Source: Eledone cirrhosa (taxonomy: Eukaryota). From it: 64,000 bases of DNA. Made by a program: the position numbers and the translations under genes. The notes beneath the pieces were generated by a model. The model was not told the origin of the DNA. It ran no database searches and worked only from the letters and a program-made list of their open reading frames with translations. The stretch lies in contig OZ024740.1 in assembly GCA_964016885.1 (NCBI GenBank), positions 400,768,001 through 400,832,000 on the forward strand, written 5' to 3'. Positions 1 through 13,296 of this stretch are shown in pieces; position 1 is the stretch's first letter, and each line of letters starts with the position of its first letter.

Positions 1-649
1 ATATCTACGTATATTTTTATTTCCTCAACATCACATGTGTTATGAGAAAATACTTTTATGCTGAAAATGGAATAGGAATAAATAAATGCTATACAGCCAT
101 GGCTTCAGCCCTCTCCTGACTCATCAATCTTCACAGTTTCCTTATTCTCATGATTTATATAATCTTCTGTTCTTTTTTCTGTTTTCTGTATCATACACTA
201 TAGAATCTTTCTCAATAATTTTTTGTGTTTTACGGTTTAGCTCAATGCTATAAACACACCTCTTTTATTATATTCCTATTTAAAAATAAGAAATGGGTAG
301 AAAAATCGCTCAATGTATCCATTAATGCCACCTTTTCTCTATATCATTTAATAATTTGGCGGTATATTTTTAAACAGTATTTTTCTAAAATTTTATTTCA
401 AAACCAATTTTCTTTCGTTCTTTCTCATCTTAAATCTCGTCTACATTTCTTTTCATTAATATATTGCTTCCCTTTTTCACTATCCTTCTTTCTTTTCATG
501 TATGCTTTCAATATTGTTTTCGTATATATTTTCTCCCCACACACATCCAGTTTCTTATTCGTAACGTTATATTTCTCTCCATTCCTTAACGATATTACTG
601 CTGCTTTTATTTTACGTTCATTTTCCGCCCTATATATATGTATTATAAT

Positions 650-743
<94 letters not shown>

Positions 744-794
744 CATATATATATATATATACATATATATTTATATATACATATATATATATAC

Positions 795-834
<40 letters not shown>

Positions 835-846
835 ACATATTTATAT

Positions 847-965
<119 letters not shown>

Positions 966-1431
966 CATATTTATATATATATATATACATATTTATATAT
1001 ATATATATACACATACATACTTATTTTTCGAGAGCAAAATGATCCTCATAAAGATAGTTTAAACGCCATAATTTTCTGCTTTGTAATAAACGAAACCATT
1101 AAACAGAAGATAAGTGTGATCTAGCTGATGTTTCTTAGCAGTGTAGTAATGATACTGATGCTCTTACGGCTGCTGCGCTCTGGTGCAATATTTCTGGTTT
1201 TCTTGTTTCTCTTTTTATTATTGTTATTGAGGTTATTTTCCTTGCTATTCCTTTTGCTACTCTCCTTGTTATAGTTGTTTATAAAATCTGAAAAATTCTC
1301 GTTAGAAAATTTTTTCATTGCAATTGCGTATACTCCTGCAGCACAGAATATAATGCATACGGTTTAACATCATATCACACAAACAAACAACCACACGCCC
1401 ACATACGCAGACACACACATTTACACACACC

Positions 1432-1462
<31 letters not shown>

Positions 1463-1814
1463 GTGTGTGTGTGTGTGTGTATATATATAAATATATATGT
1501 ATATATCCTTATATATATTTATATATACATGTATATATACATATATATATATATAATTTTTGTCAGCGTCACTCTCACTTTGATTCTTTGTGTAGTGACA
1601 GAAGTGTGAACGTGAGTGACTCAGTACGGGATTATATATATAAAACAACCTTTAGTGATAACTAGTCATTATGCTATTATGGACATGTCTCAAACGCAGT
1701 AATATCAGCCCGGTTATTACTATGAGTATAATAGATTTATTCACTCATCTTCTTTTTGGCAAATAAATGAAATCTCTATTACTCTTAGAATTATTATTAT
1801 GACTATTGATGAAA

Positions 1815-2013
1815 GATTGGCAGTATCGGTAGAGTGTCTGACGCCATGCTTTACAGCAAAGAGTTACGGCCCTTTATGATCTAAGTTCAAATCCCGCCAA
1901 AGGTTAACTTTGCCTTTAATCCTTACGAGGTCGATAAAATAAAGCACCAGTAATGTACTGGGATAATTGCTGGCCTTGTGCCAAAAGTAGAACAAATTAT
2001 TATTATTACTATT
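1815..2013 (+). mobile_element. tRNA-derived SINE (family A)
   Basis: A-box-like TGGCAGTATCGG, B-box AAGTTCAAATCC, central GCCTTT(A/C)ATCCTTACGAGGTCGATAAAATAAAG domain (MetaSINE-like) and (ATT)n tail; many copies in the window. Confidence 0.85.
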
Positions 2014-2149
2014 ACTAACAGGCGAACCGGCCACGGGCTGTTTTCTACTGGCATATGTATATTGCTGTGCATATTGGTATTATACACAAATACATGCATA
2101 TAGGTATGATAGGTAAATTGAAAAGTAAATTGACAATATCGTCTTCTTA

Positions 2150-2660
2150 TTCGCCCACTTATGTCTGAGAGGGTCGTGGGGGCAGGGTCCTTTTCAAACA
2201 CTCCTTCTTGCAAGTCTTTCAGAAGCAAATATCTCTAACTGATCTAGTTGGATCCCAAAGCATGACCAACCACACTGAAGGATGTTAACCAACTATCTTA
2301 CTGAATGCTTAAGCTGGAGCTGTGAAGATTGATGAGTCAGGAGAGGGCTGAAGCCATGGCTGTACAGCATTTATATATTCCTATTTCATTTTCAGCATAA
2401 AAGTATTTTCTCATAACACATGTGATGTTGATGAAATAAAAATATACGTAGATATACTCACTAGAATCCTGTCTATTGACTCTATCCTCTGTCTCATAGT
2501 CTTTTAAGATACTTACTATATCAGCTTTTACAATTCTTGCACTTAATTCCGCCTCCTGCCATCCATCACTCATGAAAACGGCGATGAGATACTTGAACTT
2601 CTCTACTTGCTTCAGTGGAACTCCATTCACATGTATATACATTTGAGCGACTTCTGTCCA
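2150..2660 (-). mobile_element. degenerate RTE-clade LINE 3' fragment, interrupted
   Basis: Minus-strand VNGVPLKQVEKFKYL...ELSARIVKA (RT thumb region); 2150-2300 is homologous to the RTE 3' end at 34330-34435. Confidence 0.65.
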
Positions 2661-2869
2661 TGCGTCCGTCACACATTGTGTGTGTGTGTGTGTGTGTGTA
2701 TTTGTTTGCGTGAATGTATGTGTGTGTAAAAGGAAGGAAGGAAGGGTATATACACATATATGTGTCTCATCTAAAAACGGTGACACATACACACACGTCC
2801 CTAATTTAAGAACACCCACAAACTCACCCGCGCATATATACACACACTGTCCTAATATCACTCAAGAAC

Positions 2870-3541
2870 TTTCGCCCGGGAAAACATCCCCAGAATTTTA
2901 GAACCGTCTAGGTTGTCCAGAATTGATAGGAAAAGACCTCACGGTCTTACCCTGTGTCCCTAGTCAAGAGGCAGATGCCTTGTCTGGGACCTCACAGTCC
3001 GTGACTGTTTTGTTCTTCCCTCATCCTGGATACAGTGGTTAGGGCGAGAACTACATTTTCCAGCCTGTGGCGTTCGAGACGTTTGGAGGAGTCGGGCTAC
3101 TGACTACGAGGTTCTTATCTTCACTGGCGGCTTACCTAACTGATGTAACTGGTGATGCTCGTGAGGGGGTTTGGTGTTCCAGAAACTCAGCCTCGCCATC
3201 ACCCGAAGTAACGCTGCGAGCATGGCTGGCTTGCCTAAAAAAATGATTAGAGAGTTTTCCTAGTGTTCCTCGCTATATTGTTAACTTTTGCTCGTTTGTC
3301 CACTCCTTTAGCCTGCCTTTTGTTGTATGTGGTCCTAGATGTGTGTATTTTGTGTGTTTTTTTCTCTTTCTTTTTTCCTTTCCATTTCTTTTGTATATAT
3401 TATATTTGTTTGTGTTTTCGTTCTGTAAGCATTATGCTATGCTATTATATTTTTTTTATACAACTGTGAATAAATCTGTAACAACAAATGAGTTTAAAAA
3501 AGAAGAGTTAAACTTTGTTAAGAATAAATAAATAAATAAAA
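2870..3541 (+). mobile_element. CRE-clade non-LTR retrotransposon 3' remnant (restriction-like endonuclease)
   Basis: Manual translation with stops and frameshifts: LEPSRLSRIDRKRPHGLTLCP*SRGRCLVWDLTVRD...FQPVAFETFGGVG...FQKLSLAITRSNAASM, matching the CRE pattern RPDG/WDVT/ETxG/QRxSxAIQRGNA; T-rich 3' UTR and A-rich end. Confidence 0.7.
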
Positions 3542-3896
3542 GGTTTACCCTTCAATTTCCCCTTCCATTTCCAAATTTATCGAACGCTTCTATCATCCTG
3601 TGTGTGACCCTATGTGTATGTGTATGTTTGTGGAAATGTATGTGTGTGTGTGTTTGCTTGAATGTATGTATGTGTTTGTGTGAAAGTATGTGTATTTGTG
3701 TGAATGTATGTTCGTGAGTATGTAATTTTGTAAGTGTGTCTGTGTTTGCGCGATTATAGTTATGTACTCATGCATATAAATGTATGTATATGCACATACA
3801 CACATGCACACACATACACATACACGCCAGAGTATTAAAAAAATCCTAATCTCTCCATCTTTCTCTTTCACTCGCTCTCTTTCCCTCTCTCTCTCT

Positions 3897-3943
<47 letters not shown>

Positions 3944-4369
3944 TGATGAAGGACTAAATGTATTCATATGTAACCCATATGCAACCACGCAGCACGCTTG
4001 TTTTTATATTCACACATATATATTTTCCTCCGCTGTGACCCGTCTGTTTCTTTCTTACTGCTTCCTCTTTTCTCACTTCCCTTTACTCCCTCTAACAGTC
4101 ACTCTCTCTGTGAGCCTCTTCCCCACCTTTCACTCACTCACTGCTACTCCCTCTCCTACTTCCTCCCGTTTGACCTGTGCGAAATTCTTTCCTCAAGCAC
4201 ACTTTGACCAGGTCGGTTGTTCTTTATTCTCTCTCGTCTACGATTTCACAGAAATTATGTTCACCGATTTCAGGGACTTGACTCCTTCTTCACGTCCTTC
4301 GAATTCTGCTTCTTTCCCATATCATGCTGAGTCTCAAACTGGTTTTTGCTTCCATTTAGTGCACAATTT

Positions 4370-5500
4370 TCATTGACCTTCATGTTTTGCCAACACTTTG
4401 ATATTCTTTGCAGCTTTAATTGCAGAATCGCCATCATTGTAAAAATGTATTCAAATTTTTTTCGCAAATTTTCTGTTTTTCTTTCTTCTCCTTTTTGTGA
4501 TTTGCAACCATTTTTATTGCCCAGTTATCTATAGTTTTAAGATGGTGTTCGAGTTCAATGGTTGATATGTAGGAGAGCTCAGACTGGAATATACCTCTAG
4601 CCCTGTTTTGTTTGGTGAGATAGAAGCGAATTTACTGGGGAAATACAAAATATTTAAAAAAAAAATCCATGAATGGGAAACAATATCAATTGCTTTCCTA
4701 TGGTCAATCCAAGCAGTACTCAGAGTTCTAATAAAGATCAATGATAGCAGATGTCCATATGTTGGCTATCTTTAGTGCTAACTCCAGTTATTGCATAGTT
4801 ATGCCTTGCCAAATCTGTTTTTCTAAATTATTCTGTTTCCTCCATATTCTTTATCCATTCTAATCCGCATTCTGAGATGTTTCTGTACTCCATACTATTT
4901 TCCAAATTTCTTCAATTTTGTCACTTGAAGGAGGTTCCTTTACTTGAATTGTATGTGTCACAATGTCACTGTAAAACCTTTCAGCATCTAACATACAGCG
5001 ATTATTCTACCTGTAAAAGCTCTTTCGCTTTATAAATCTACTGATTCTTTGAGCTTTCAGCTGTACTTTCTGTTTAAGAGATTCTTTGATTGTTGGAATA
5101 TCAGGTTTTGAAATTACCTTGTATTTCTTAATCACTTTCGTTTCTTTTCTTGACTTGCAAATATTTCATCCAAGATCAATATTTATCCATTTTTCATTTT
5201 GATTTCTCTTCCAATTTCTTCCACGGTGTTTGGTTTTTGTGAGAGTTGTGTCCTTTTCGCTTTTTTTTATCTCGCATTTCATTTCTATTAACGTTACTCG
5301 TGCATAAATAACCCCATTCGATTCTGATAAATGCGGCTCTATCTTTTCAATTATTACATCTATAGCCAGATTTACAAGTATGTTTTTCGTTATAGTTCTT
5401 ACTTAGACCAACCTTTTTAGAATAGGTACATATATTAAAAGGTGGGAGGCCAACATCTATGTTGTTTTCAATCTCTTCCAAAATCCACCGTCTATTTTCC
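4370..5500 (-). mobile_element. degenerate R4/Dong-clade non-LTR retrotransposon fragment
   Basis: Minus-strand LSTAWIDHRKAIDIVSHSWI (RT motif WIDYxKAFDxVxHxWI) and LKQKVQLKAQRISRFIKR...FY; same type as the element at 62404-64000. Confidence 0.7.
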
Positions 5501-5551
5501 GGTTCATCTTCACTGACACAGGTTGAACAAGCTGGTCATCAGGGCAAACGA

Positions 5552-5599
5552 AACGTTTGTAACTTGTATTGCGCCATTTTACTAACTGGCTTTAATTAT

Positions 5600-5663
<64 letters not shown>

Positions 5664-5711
5664 ATAATTAAGGCCAGTTAGTAAAATGGCGCCATACAAG
5701 TTACCAACATT
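5552..5711. repeat. inverted repeat (53-bp arms) flanking a (TA)n tract
   Basis: 5552-5604 is the reverse complement of 5659-5711 with a few mismatches. Confidence 0.9.
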
Positions 5712-6397
5712 TATATATATATGGACATATACATATATTTTCACATAAGTGCGTGTGCTTTTGCTTTTGAGCACTAGCTCTTGTGACAGCGCGTTTGAGT
5801 GTATGGAGTGCGCGCGCGTGTCTGTGTGCGTACGTGTCAGTATTACTAACAAGAAAATGTGTGAATGTGTCAGGACGCTTGAAATTATCTTCTATCTTAT
5901 CTTTTGAATCCTACAGATAAATACGGCCAGTCACGAACACACACATATGCGCACGCACACCCTCGCACCGGTAAACATGTTTTTTTTTTAAAACTTTTAA
6001 TACATAAATACGCTCATATATATACACCATATCGTATATGAATTCTTATATGAAATCATATATAGTTATATCTTTATGAGTATGTATATATATATATACA
6101 TATATTATATGAATGTATATACACACACACACAGACACCCATATATATATATGCATACATATATATTCAAATATACATACATATATACATAAAGATGAAT
6201 ATAGTCATATAAATATATATATATATATATCGTATATATCATATACATATATAAGTGTATATATATATACATATATATACATATATATACATATATATAC
6301 ATATAACATTATATGTATATGATATATATGATATATATATATATTTATACATATATATACATATAAAATTATATGTATATGATATATATGATATATA

Positions 6398-6464
<67 letters not shown>

Positions 6465-6931
6465 ATTAAATAAATGGAAAACTATATTTATAAAACCATA
6501 TTTATTTCATTATATATATTTCGGGGACATCATATTAACAATATGCTATGCCTTCATCAGACAAAATACAATATAAACAGTTTTATAGATAAATATATTC
6601 GACATACCGTAATAAACATCAACTTCATTTGAAGAGGTTCACTCTAGCAGTGAAAATACAGAGAGAAAGAAAGAGAGAGAGAAAAGAGGGAAATAAGAAA
6701 GAAAGAAAGACGAAACGAAGAAAAGGAAGAAAAAGAAGAAAAAGAAGAAATGCATGGGACAAAATAGAGAGATGGAAAAATAGATAAAGCGAAGAGCTTC
6801 ATGTAAAGAGACCGAAAGAGATATATATATATATATAGAGAGAGGAAATAGAGATAGATACATATATAAATATAGATATAGAAAAATTAGGTAGTGGGAG
6901 GTCATTTTGAGTAAGTGTATCAATGATGCAT

Positions 6932-6966
<35 letters not shown>

Positions 6967-7781
6967 GCTCAAGTATTAATGTAAGGGAGATATAGAGAGA
7001 TATAGAGAGATATAGAGAGAGAAAAATTTAAAAATAGCCAGACATATTCGAGGCGTAGAAAACCCTATGTTTTAATGTATTAGTATTTATAAAACTTACA
7101 CTATATTGTAAATATCAGTATTCCTGAATGAAACAAGTATTCACAATGCGTGAAAATTCATTATCTTATGTTTAGTTTTTTAAAAAATTCATATGTCTAT
7201 GTGAATCCAACTGATTCACTCCGCAAATTCAAAGTTACCGGAAAACATTCTCAATGTGGTATAAACATTTGAGCGTATTATTATTCTTGCGATTACTCTA
7301 CAAGATTATCTATCAAGCAGAAATAGAGAGCAGATTTCAATATACCAATCGAAAATATATATTATATTATAAGCAGAGATAACAATAATAATGATAATAA
7401 GTAAAAATATATAAAAATATAAAAATATAGAATAGAAAACTAAAAAAGAATATTACGAAAGAATATTACATAATAAAAATATTGCATATTAAAAATACTA
7501 TGTTTTAAAATTATTACGTATTAAAACTTTACATATAAAAATATTAAAAATAAAAATAAAATAAAATAAAAAATAAAAAATAAAAATATAAAAATATAAA
7601 AATATTATAGAATACTACAATACTAAAAGAATAAAAATAAAAATAAAAATAAAAATAAAAATAAAAATAAAAAATAAACCACAAAGAACAACCCTTCAAG
7701 GTTAATTGACAATATATTGCCAAGTTCACTACAAGACAAAGCCAAAAATTATCTATCAAATCACATCTAGCAAGGAATATC

Positions 7782-7833
<52 letters not shown>

Positions 7834-8277
7834 TTATGATGTCCAATAATGTCTACATATGTTCCTATATTTAATATATAAGTTTATCAAGTGTAAGGTT
7901 AATTCATAAAATTTGGAGCATCGGCTTTTAGGGTAGCTTAATTTTTCATGAGGAATGTTTAGATAAAATAAAAATAAAAAATAAAAAATAAAAATAAAAA
8001 TAAATACAATAAAATAAACAGTAAAAAGAGGGAATCAAAGATTTAGGAATCAAAAGATTTATCGGCTAGTTCTCATATAAATATAAATCAAACTAAATAT
8101 ACTACATTTTAAATTTAAATTTATATTTAAACGTTGAGTTTAATCTATGTTTGCAACAACTGAATAAATTTGTCCGTAGGTTAAGGGAATTTTTAGATTT
8201 TAGTATAAAGAATATCTCCTCTGCGCAGAGGTCACATGTCTCAGAGGATGAATTAAAAGGAATCCCTCTTGAGACTA

Positions 8278-8453
8278 TAGTCTCAAGAGGGATTCCTTTT
8301 AATTCATCCTCTGAGACATGTGACCTCTGCGCAGAGGAGATATTCTTTATACTAAAATCTAAAAATTCCCTTAACCTACGGACAAATTTATTCAGTTGTT
8401 GCAAACATAGATTAAACTCAACGTTTAAATATAAATTTAAATTTAAAATGTAG
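8278..8453 (+). pseudogene. C-terminus of a PLE GIY-YIG endonuclease ORF (mirror copy at 8102-8277, minus)
   Basis: IVSRGIPFNSSSETCDLCAEEIFFILKSKNSLNLRTNLFSCCKHR resembles the PLE C-terminal motif CxLCxxEKxxI...LNxRxE...CRH. The N-terminal part of the 100-aa ORF is just antisense read-through across the palindrome centre. Confidence 0.7.
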
Positions 8454-8721
8454 TATATTTAGTTTGATTTATATTTATATGAGAACTAGCCGATAAATCT
8501 TTTGATTCCTAAATCTTTGATTCCCTCTTTTTACTGTTTATTTTATTGTATTTATTTTTATTTTTATTTTTTATTTTTTATTTTTATTTTATCTAAACAT
8601 TCCTCATGAAAAATTAAGCTACCCTAAAAGCCGATGCTCCAAATTTTATGAATTAACCTTACACTTGATAAACTTATATATTAAATATAGGAACATATGT
8701 AGACATTATTGGACATCATAA

Positions 8722-8759
<38 letters not shown>

Positions 8760-9574
8760 GATATTCCTTGCTAGATGTGATTTGATAGATAATTTTTGGC
8801 TTTGTCTTGTAGTGAACTTGGCAATATATTGTCAATTAACCTTGAAGGGTTGTTCTTTGTGGTTTATTTTTTATTTTTATTTTTATTTTTATTTTTATTT
8901 TTATTTTTATTCTTTTAGTATTGTAGTATTCTATAATATTTTTATATTTTTATATTTTTATTTTTTATTTTTTATTTTATTTTATTTTTATTTTTAATAT
9001 TTTTATATGTAAAGTTTTAATACGTAATAATTTTAAAACATAGTATTTTTAATATGCAATATTTTTATTATGTAATATTCTTTCGTAATATTCTTTTTTA
9101 GTTTTCTATTCTATATTTTTATATTTTTATATATTTTTACTTATTATCATTATTATTGTTATCTCTGCTTATAATATAATATATATTTTCGATTGGTATA
9201 TTGAAATCTGCTCTCTATTTCTGCTTGATAGATAATCTTGTAGAGTAATCGCAAGAATAATAATACGCTCAAATGTTTATACCACATTGAGAATGTTTTC
9301 CGGTAACTTTGAATTTGCGGAGTGAATCAGTTGGATTCACATAGACATATGAATTTTTTAAAAAACTAAACATAAGATAATGAATTTTCACGCATTGTGA
9401 ATACTTGTTTCATTCAGGAATACTGATATTTACAATATAGTGTAAGTTTTATAAATACTAATACATTAAAACATAGGGTTTTCTACGCCTCGAATATGTC
9501 TGGCTATTTTTAAATTTTTCTCTCTCTATATCTCTCTATATCTCTCTATATCTCCCTTACATTAATACTTGAGC

Positions 9575-9609
<35 letters not shown>

Positions 9610-9972
9610 ATGCATCATTGATACACTTACTCAAAATGACCTCCCACTACCTAATTTTTCTATATCTATATTTATATATGTATCTATCTCTATTTCCTCT
9701 CTCTATATATATATATATATCTCTTTCGGTCTCTTTACATGAAGCTCTTCGCTTTATCTATTTTTCCATCTCTCTATTTTGTCCCATGCATTTCTTCTTT
9801 TTCTTCTTTTTCTTCCTTTTCTTCGTTTCGTCTTTCTTTCTTTCTTATTTCCCTCTTTTCTCTCTCTCTTTCTTTCTCTCTGTATTTTCACTGCTAGAGT
9901 GAACCTCTTCAAATGAAGTTGATGTTTATTACGGTATGTCGAATATATTTATCTATAAAACTGTTTATATTG

Positions 9973-10038
9973 TATTTTGTCTGATGAAGGCATAGCATAT
10001 TGTTAATATGATGTCCCCGAAATATATATAATGAAATA
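9973..10038 (+). ncRNA. type I hammerhead ribozyme motif (mirror at 6503-6568, minus)
   Basis: TATTTTGT-CTGATGA-[stem II with CATATT/AATATG and GGCAT/ATGTC]-GAAA-TATATA-TA-ATGAAATA; 8-bp stem I with 2 G-U pairs and palindromic loop III. Confidence 0.7.
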
Positions 10039-10496
10039 AATATGGTTTTATAAATATAGTTTTCCATTTATTTAATATTGTAAATATACTCCAAGTATTT
10101 GTCGAGTGCTTTTATATCAGTTATAAATATTTACTAGTTGTAACCCAACAATTTTAAATATAACTTTACACATATATATATATATATATATTTATACATA
10201 TATTATATGACTATATTTATCTTTATACACCCATTCTTTCATACACATGTACATACACCAACAAAGCCGTTAATTAAGAGGGACCCTCTAGAGAATAACT
10301 ATTTAAATCTTTTTTTATATAGTAAACTGAAATGTTTTTGTTAAATACTCTCAGCTGATTTCCCTTGTTGCTGGTTCTTTGTATATATTTATCTGGTAAT
10401 AAGTATTGTATTGTATTTCATTACTTCATTTGTTACTTAGGTTTCAGCTAGATATTTATATATTTAATCATATATTTTTAATCACTTATTGTTTAA

Positions 10497-10522
10497 TCTA
10501 CTACTACTACTACTACTACTGG

Positions 10523-10571
<49 letters not shown>

Positions 10572-10626
10572 GCCACCACCAGCACCAGCACCACCATCAC
10601 CACTGCTGCTGCTGCTGCTGCTGCTG

Positions 10627-10695
<69 letters not shown>

Positions 10696-10696
10696 A
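10497..10696. repeat. compound trinucleotide microsatellite (CTA)n-(CCA/GCA)-(CTG)n-(CTA)n
   Basis: Direct reading. Confidence 0.95.
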
Positions 10697-12819
10697 TGTG
10701 TTTTCCAATATTGCTATGAATTATTATAAGCAATGATTTATTTGGTCAGCTTATCAACTTCTTCATGTTCCTCTATGAGAGTAAGCTATGTGTGGGCAAA
10801 GAGAAGTGCAGTTCTCTAGAGAATTTGCTGAATGGTGAGAGAAAATCTCGTCAAGGATCTGGGTGATGGAGCCTATTCTCAACAAGCACCTATTTACCGA
10901 AGAGAAATACTTGTTTCTACTTTAGGCACAAGGCCAGCAATTACCCAGTGCATTACTGGTTCTAAATACTGTGAGAGAATATTGTTCTTCGGTGTCTGAT
11001 AATTCTGGCCGTGTGTTACTTCTATGAGGACGGATCCATTCATTGCTTTCGTTTCTCCAGTTTGTTTTTGTTTTTCTTTTTTAATATTCGATTCCGTCTA
11101 AATTTTTACCCTTAAAAATATGTCTTGTGCTAAAATGTTGCTTCTAATTATGTTCCCAGTTCGAATCTAATGAGATTTGATTTTCTGTTTCGTCTCTCCG
11201 GGGTCGATAACATATTTGGTACTAATACACCATGTGAATTAAAATCTATTTCTCACTTCGGATTTGAGAAATTATAATAAATAAGACTGAAATAGTAGAG
11301 TTTTCGACTTAATATCATACGGTATGTTATTTACTGTTTTCAGTTACTGTTGATGTTGATGTTGTTATTCTTGTTGTTTATGTTAGTTGTGACGATGTTA
11401 CTTTTATTCGAGAATTTTGATTGCAGTTAATGTTGATTGTGTTACTGTTGATGTTTGTTTTAGATCTTGGCCAGTTATGTGAAGAATACAGGATTAAGTT
11501 TCCCAGTATATTATATTTGAATTCACTAGGGCACGGCTTTAGTAAGATTTAATTCCTATTTCTAGCAGGTCAAACAACAGCATAATAACTTCCTCTGTTG
11601 CCATGCTATTGTGAATGTTGGTGATGACCCCAATAGAGAACTTTATCTGATATATATATCTAGCAAATAGAGTGACCTTGTAAATGCTTTCTATTTTAAT
11701 TTGTTTTTCTTATTATCGTTTAAACCGGTGTCAGCTTTCATCCAGCCGACAGGTGATGATCGTCACTCAGGCCGGGATATTTCAATTAGTTTTTAAAGGA
11801 CTGCATTAACCAGTGTGATTATTTCATATTTAATATCGAATGGTACAATAGTTGGGAGATATAGGCTACTGTTTGTAATGTGTCGAATATGCTTGCTCGT
11901 CGCTTCTCTTCTCTCTCTTAGGTGTGCAACCCTAGGACTCGGGATGCCGGTGGCTTGGAAACCGGCGGTGGAGGAGGGATCAGACCCTACCCTTACGTTG
12001 AGGCTGAAGCGCAGTATGGCATCCTTCTGCGACCATTCATCCTGCGAGCATCTCGGCCCTCCAATACTGCCCACTAGGGTCGACCTAGCGCATGCAGTAC
12101 ACTTTCGACTGTATGAAAGGCCTCCAGGACAAATTCAAACTCAAACTAATTGAGGGCGAGGTTTTGGCTGCAGTGCGTGTGTTGGCCTCAATGGAAACAC
12201 ATATTTATATATAATCATCTATATTTATATATATATAATCATCAATATCTATCTATTTATAATTATTTATATCTATATCGAAATGTAATTATCTTCATCT
12301 ATATCTATAATATAAAAGATTGGAACTCCCATCATTGTTTTGAGAAACGTAGACCAGCCACGTCTTTGAAATGACACGGGCTTTAAAGCCAGGCGGAAGA
12401 TGAACCATCTCACTATTCATGGAAGCAATCATTAAGGAGAAAAAGCATTTATTCCCCAGATTGTTCTTATACTTTCCTTTGCCGAGCTGCCTTTCAAATT
12501 CAGAGTTTTGCTATGACCATAAAGAAAAATCAGGCTCAGAATTTCAAAGTAGTAGGATTGAATACAAGAAAATAGCTTTTTACTCATGGCCAGTAGTATG
12601 TAGGTTTTTCCCGAGTGGGAACATCTAGAAATCTTGATATGCTATGCACGAACCGTAAAATGAAAAATCTGGTGCATCTGGAAGATTTTTTACTGTTTTA
12701 TTTTGGTCAAACACAAATAGTATATATATATATATATCCAGGGAGTGTAACGTGCGGTTGCTGTAGGTTCACCCAGGTGAACACTCGATGGTTAGATTCG
12801 CCTATGTAGCTAAACAGTG

Positions 12820-12990
12820 TGTAAATATAATAATAATAATACAAGGCCGATTTGTTAAGCCTTCATTACGTCTATTGATTGGTAACGCGCGTTACGCTAT
12901 TGATCAGATCAAGGCTCGATCTGTATTGACCTGGCCCGACTCTGGGATCAAAATCTCGTCGGACCTCTGCTGTTGTAATGACAGAATATA
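12820..12990 (-). mobile_element. short interspersed repeat with a degenerate hammerhead-like motif; homologue at 40735-40915 (+)
   Basis: Shared GTCCGACGA...CTGATCAATAGCG(A/T)AACGCGCGT...ACGTAATGAAG. Confidence 0.6.
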
Positions 12991-12992
12991 TA

Positions 12993-13036
<44 letters not shown>

Positions 13037-13052
13037 TAGAGAGAGAAAACAG

Positions 13053-13231
13053 ATAAGGTATGGTAAGATACCAGATGGACCATAACGCACCAGAATACGA
13101 GATACTTGGGGTAGTAGAGTGGATAATATGAAAAGATTCAGGACCCCGACGGCTGAGCTCCAGCCGTTTCGACAACTATATCTGTCGAAACTGCTGGAGC
13201 TCAGCCGTCGGCGTCCTGAATCTTTTCATAT
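13053..13231 (-). mobile_element. mini fold-back element, copy 1 (hairpin 13126-13231 plus ~70-bp tail)
   Basis: ATATGAAAAGATTCAGGACCCCGACGGCTGAGCTCCAGCCGTTTCGACA followed by its reverse complement; homologous to 41190-41384 and 47951-48145. Confidence 0.85.
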
Positions 13232-13265
13232 ATATATAGATGTGTATGTGTGTGTGTATATATGC

Positions 13266-13296
<31 letters not shown>

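Larger units (their letters stand above)
6459..10172 (+). mobile_element. 5'-truncated Penelope-like element forming a spacerless ~3.6-kb palindrome plus ~90-bp unique tail
   Basis: Symmetry centre 8277/8278 (GAGACTA|TAGTCTC). Arms 6459-8277 and 8278-10082 match apart from poly(A)/(T) length; tail 10083-10172; (TA)n on both sides; PLE-type C-terminus and hammerhead motif in each arm. Confidence 0.8.

Noticed and set aside
3943-3975. Isolated CTGATGA after (TA)n; also a CTGGTGA...GAAAC remnant near 39600-39630 (minus)
   Set aside because: Incomplete core or pairing, not enough to call a ribozyme.
8102-8453. Identical 100-aa ORF on both strands as a real bidirectional gene
   Set aside because: This is a consequence of the palindrome; only the part after the centre resembles a protein.
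11900-12180. GC-rich island that might be a LINE 5' UTR or structured RNA
   Set aside because: Could not assign a family or a convincing fold.
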